Below, one piece after another: positions 32,335 to 35,063 of a stretch of DNA of 35,063 nt. The DNA lies in contig JANMPX010000190.1 in assembly GCA_031370085.1 (NCBI GenBank), positions 1-35,063 on the forward strand, given 5' to 3'. The first letter of the stretch is position 1; every line of letters begins with the position of its first letter. Below the pieces are notes generated by a model. That model did not search any database. It was not told the origin of the DNA and saw only the letters and a list, made by a program, of their open reading frames with translations. Source of the stretch: Chloroflexota bacterium (lineage in GTDB: Bacteria; Chloroflexota; Limnocylindria; QHBO01). A program made the translations under genes and the position numbers.

Positions 32335-33914
32335 GACGTCACGCTGGCGGCGCCCGCCTGGGGCGCGGCGTGGCCGCCCGTGGCCATGAGCAGGCCGACA
32401 TCGTTCTTGTCGGCGGTCCGACCGTCCATCACCGCGACGATCGCGCCGCGGTACATCACCGCGATCCGGTCTGCCATCTCGAGCACTTCGTCGAGCTCGG
32501 CCGACACGAGCAGCACCGCGACGCCGGCATCTCGCTTTGCGATGACCTGCCGGTGAATGAACTCGACGCTGCCAACGTCCAACCCACGCGTCGGCTGATC
32601 GAGGATGAGGAGCGAGAGATCGCGCCCGAACTCTCGCGCGACCACGACCTTCTGCTGGTTCCCGCCCGACAGGGTGTGGACGGAGGCGTCTGCCGAGCGC
32701 GTCCGCACGTCGAACTCCGCAATGCTGCGGGCGGCGGCCTCCAGGATCGCATCGTCGTTTCGCAGGATGCCGCGCGCAAACGGGGCACGGTAGTAGGAGG
32801 TGAGCACGATGTTGTCGGCGACGGGAAACGGCAGGACGAGGCCGAACCTTTGCCGGTCCGCCGGAACGAAACCGACGCCGGCCTCGTTCATGCCGCGAGG
32901 CGAGCGACCGGTGACGTTGGTATCGCGAAGCATTACCGATCCGCCCGATGGCCGCCGCAGACCATAGAGGGCCTCGACGAGCTCGTCCTGGCCGTTGCCG
33001 GCGACGCCGGCGATGCCGAGAATCTCGCCGCCGCGGATCTCCAGGCTGACGCCACGGACGACCTCAGTCCCCCGGTCGTCCTTGACCCGGAGCCCTTCCA
33101 CTCCCAGGACCACGGGGCCGGGATGCGACGTTCCCCGGTCGACCGTGAGCTCGACCCCGCGACCGACCATGAGCTCAGCCAGGTCTTCCTCGTTCGTCTC
33201 GGCCGGCACGCGCTCGCCGACGACTCGGCCCCGGCGGATGACCGTGATCCGATCAGCGATCTCGAGGACCTCGTACAGCTTGTGAGAGATAAAGACGATG
33301 CTGTGCCCCGCCGCGGCGAGGTTCCGCAGGACTGCGAAGATCTCTCCGGTCTCCTGGGGGGTCAGGACGGCGGTCGGTTCGTCGAGGACGAGGATCCGCG
33401 CCTTGCGGTAGAGCGCCTTCAGGATCTCGACGCGCTGCTGCCAGCCGACCGACAGGCTGCCCACTCGTGCATCGGGATCGATCTCGAACCCAAACCGGCG
33501 GCCGAGCTCAACGATCCTGCGCCGCGCCTCCTTTCGGTCGATGAAGATCGGCCCGGCCATGGTCTCCTCGCCGAGGAGGATGTTTTCGGCGACGGTCAGC
33601 ACCGGCACGAGCATGAAGTGCTGATGGACCATGTCGATACCGCGGCTGATCGCATCGGCCGGTCCGCTGATCCGAACCGGATGGCCGTTCAGCAGAATCT
33701 GGCCCTCGTCGGGCGTGGCGAGCCCGTAGAGGACGTTCATCAACGTCGTCTTTCCGGCGCCGTTCTCCCCGAGCAGCGCATGGATCTCACCGGGATGAAC
33801 GATGAGGTCGATCTGATCGTTCGCGACCACACCCGGATAGCGCTTCGTGATGCCGCGCATCTCGATCGCGGGAGCGACGACGACGTCAGGTGGCTTGATC
33901 ATCGGTGCGCTCAT
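32331..33914 (-). CDS. ABC transporter ATP-binding protein with duplicated ATPase domains
   Basis: Domain 1 has GENGAGKTT, LSVGWQQRVEI and ILVLDEPT. Domain 2 has a degenerate P-loop GVAGNGQ, then LSGGNQQK and LLILDQPTRG. Start is ATG 33914 (MSAPMIKPP). The track ORF extends further upstream without support. Confidence 0.9.
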   Translation of the reverse strand: MSAPMIKPPDVVVAPAIEMRGITKRYPGVVANDQIDLIVHPGEIHALLGENGAGKTTLMNVLYGLATPDEGQILLNGHPVRISGPADAISRGIDMVHQHFMLVPVLTVAENILLGEETMAGPIFIDRKEARRRIVELGRRFGFEIDPDARVGSLSVGWQQRVEILKALYRKARILVLDEPTAVLTPQETGEIFAVLRNLAAAGHSIVFISHKLYEVLEIADRITVIRRGRVVGERVPAETNEEDLAELMVGRGVELTVDRGTSHPGPVVLGVEGLRVKDDRGTEVVRGVSLEIRGGEILGIAGVAGNGQDELVEALYGLRRPSGGSVMLRDTNVTGRSPRGMNEAGVGFVPADRQRFGLVLPFPVADNIVLTSYYRAPFARGILRNDDAILEAAARSIAEFDVRTRSADASVHTLSGGNQQKVVVAREFGRDLSLLILDQPTRGLDVGSVEFIHRQVIAKRDAGVAVLLVSAELDEVLEMADRIAVMYRGAIVAVMDGRTADKNDVGLLMATGGHAAPQAGAASVTS

Positions 33915-33933
33915 GTTCAGCGGAGGGAAAGGG

Positions 33934-33967
33934 GAGAGCGGGTCTGCATTGCTGCCGACCCGCTCTC
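33934..33967 (-). terminator. 11-bp perfect intercistronic stem-loop (partial terminator or mRNA stabiliser after the binding-protein gene)
   Basis: GAGAGCGGGTC (33934-33944) pairs with GACCCGCTCTC (33957-33967). It lies between the binding-protein and ATPase genes. Confidence 0.5.
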
Positions 33968-33988
33968 GGTTACAACGAGATTCGCGAA

Positions 33989-35063
33989 CTACTTCGGCGG
34001 AGCGCCGCAATCTGCGGGACAGGTTGTCAGCGTGCCGTCCTTCATCGCCGCGAGAGCCGCGTCCAGCTTCGCCTTCAGGTCGGCCGATACGGCGCCGGAA
34101 TTCGTGTGGAAGTCGGAGACGCCGACCCCGTCGTTCGTCGCATCGAAGGTCAGCGGCCCAGCGGCCACCGGTCCGGCGTTGAGCGCCGTGAGAGCCTGCA
34201 CCACCGCCGATGCGAGGTGCTTCTCCGCGCTGGTCAGGATGCACTTGGAGTCGGCGGCGTATGAAACGAACTGGTCGACGTCGACGCCGATGCCCCAGAT
34301 GTTCTTGTCGCACGCTGCATCAAGGGCGCCGTTGCCGGTGAGGCCGCCCACCGCGAAGAGGACGTCCAGCGTCGGGTTAGCGGCCATGAAGTTCTGGGCG
34401 AAGAGCTTGCCGCCCGGCTGGTCGCCGAAGGACTTCACCGGATCGAACGACTTCGTGACATACGCCGACTTGACGACGGCATTGGGGTTGACTGACTTGG
34501 CGCCCAGCTCGTAGCCCTGGATGTAGCGCACGCACGGTCCGCAGAATGTCAATCCGCCGATGGCGCCGATGACGCCGCTCTTGCTGGCCGACGCCGCGAC
34601 CATGCCGGCCAGGTAGCCTGCCTGGTCTTCCTTGAAGACGAGCTGGATGTACTTCGGCAGGAGCTTCGTCGCGTCGCCCTTGCAGGCGTAGGTCGAGTCG
34701 ACGTTGCCCTGCTCGTCAACGCAGATGTCCTTGCCCGGGCCGACCTGCTGGTCGACGCCGACGAACCAGATGTTCGGGTTCGCCTTGGCCGCGGCAATGG
34801 TGGGCCCGGCGAGGTTGAACCCGACGGTCACGATGATGTCGAGCTTCTCGTCGACCATCGATTGGATCGCCGTGGCGTACTCGGTCTGGTCCTTCGGGAC
34901 GATGACTTTCGGGGCAGCCGCCCCGATTTCGGTCGCGCCCTGCTGAGCACCCTTGTAGGCGTACTCGTTGAACCCCTTGTCGTTGATCCCGGCAGAGTCA
35001 ACGACGACGCCGATCTTCAGGTCGCTGTGCGGCGCCATCGAGGCCGACGCCGCCGCCGAGGCC
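33989..35063 (-). CDS. BMP-family ABC substrate-binding (lipo)protein, N-terminus outside window
   Basis: Motifs are KIGVVVDSAGINDKGFNEYAYKG, IIVTVGFNL and GVIGAIGG. The frame stays open upstream of the track Met to the window edge (ASAAAASASMAPH...). Confidence 0.85.
   Translation of the reverse strand, partial: ASAAASASMAPHSDLKIGVVVDSAGINDKGFNEYAYKGAQQGATEIGAAAPKVIVPKDQTEYATAIQSMVDEKLDIIVTVGFNLAGPTIAAAKANPNIWFVGVDQQVGPGKDICVDEQGNVDSTYACKGDATKLLPKYIQLVFKEDQAGYLAGMVAASASKSGVIGAIGGLTFCGPCVRYIQGYELGAKSVNPNAVVKSAYVTKSFDPVKSFGDQPGGKLFAQNFMAANPTLDVLFAVGGLTGNGALDAACDKNIWGIGVDVDQFVSYAADSKCILTSAEKHLASAVVQALTALNAGPVAAGPLTFDATNDGVGVSDFHTNSGAVSADLKAKLDAALAAMKDGTLTTCPADCGAPPK

Noticed and set aside
32370-34514. 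714-aa plus-strand ORF
   Set aside because: It is antisense to the ABC ATPase and the end of the binding-protein gene, both of which have clear family motifs. Its composition is low-complexity.
1-35063. Search for CRISPR arrays, tRNA/rRNA genes, IS elements, integrases and prophage genes
   Set aside because: I saw no direct-repeat/spacer periodicity, no tRNA-like T-arm (GGTTCGAATCC-type) in any intergenic gap, and no transposase or integrase motifs. The only GATTCGAA-like string (about 31433) lies inside a permease gene.

Overview
Very GC-rich, densely coded chromosomal segment with about 34 protein genes on both strands. Third codon positions are overwhelmingly G/C, which also creates many long spurious antisense ORFs in the supplied track. 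All calls rest on motif recognition by eye; no HMM or BLAST could be run. The gene content (CGNR zinc-finger regulator, DUF4232-type anti-sigma, LCP protein, PIG-L deacetylases, PolX, leaderless-style promoters) suggests a high-GC Terrabacteria genome, Actinomycetota- or Chloroflexota-like, which I cannot resolve further. I recognised no rRNA, tRNA, CRISPR array, transposase or integrase.

Gene order, left to right:
- S26 signal peptidase, a degenerate receiver-like protein, deoC, and a monothiol DsbA-like protein.
- An ECF sigma factor translationally coupled to Ogt, then a lipoprotein.
- A full-length aldehyde dehydrogenase coupled to an ALDH paralogue that lacks the catalytic domain.
- A tight minus-strand operon: PRC-MgtE_N-CBS soluble protein, then a Met-less NRAMP homologue, then an AadA-like nucleotidyltransferase.
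- A CGNR regulator beside a lower-GC control region with two small ORFs.
- PolX coupled to a polytopic membrane protein.
- A TPR/acidic-tail protein followed by a 941-aa Zn-ribbon methyltransferase-like protein.
- A CsoR-family regulator divergent from a PIG-L deacetylase plus ABC exporter.
- A second ECF sigma with a DUF4232 anti-sigma, a YyaL/DUF255 thioredoxin-domain protein, an LCP protein, and a zinc-ribbon membrane protein.
- An adenosine-deaminase-family protein, a second PIG-L deacetylase, Mrp/ApbC, and a metallophosphoesterase.
- A BMP-family nucleoside-type ABC importer operon, whose binding-protein gene runs off the right edge.

Best candidates for undescribed biology:
1. The split MgtE-sensor / NRAMP-related transporter module (7917-10502).
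2. The TPR-acidic-tail plus degenerate COG1743-like methyltransferase/nuclease-like pair (14449-18212).
3. The ECF sigma-Ogt coupling (2715-3817).
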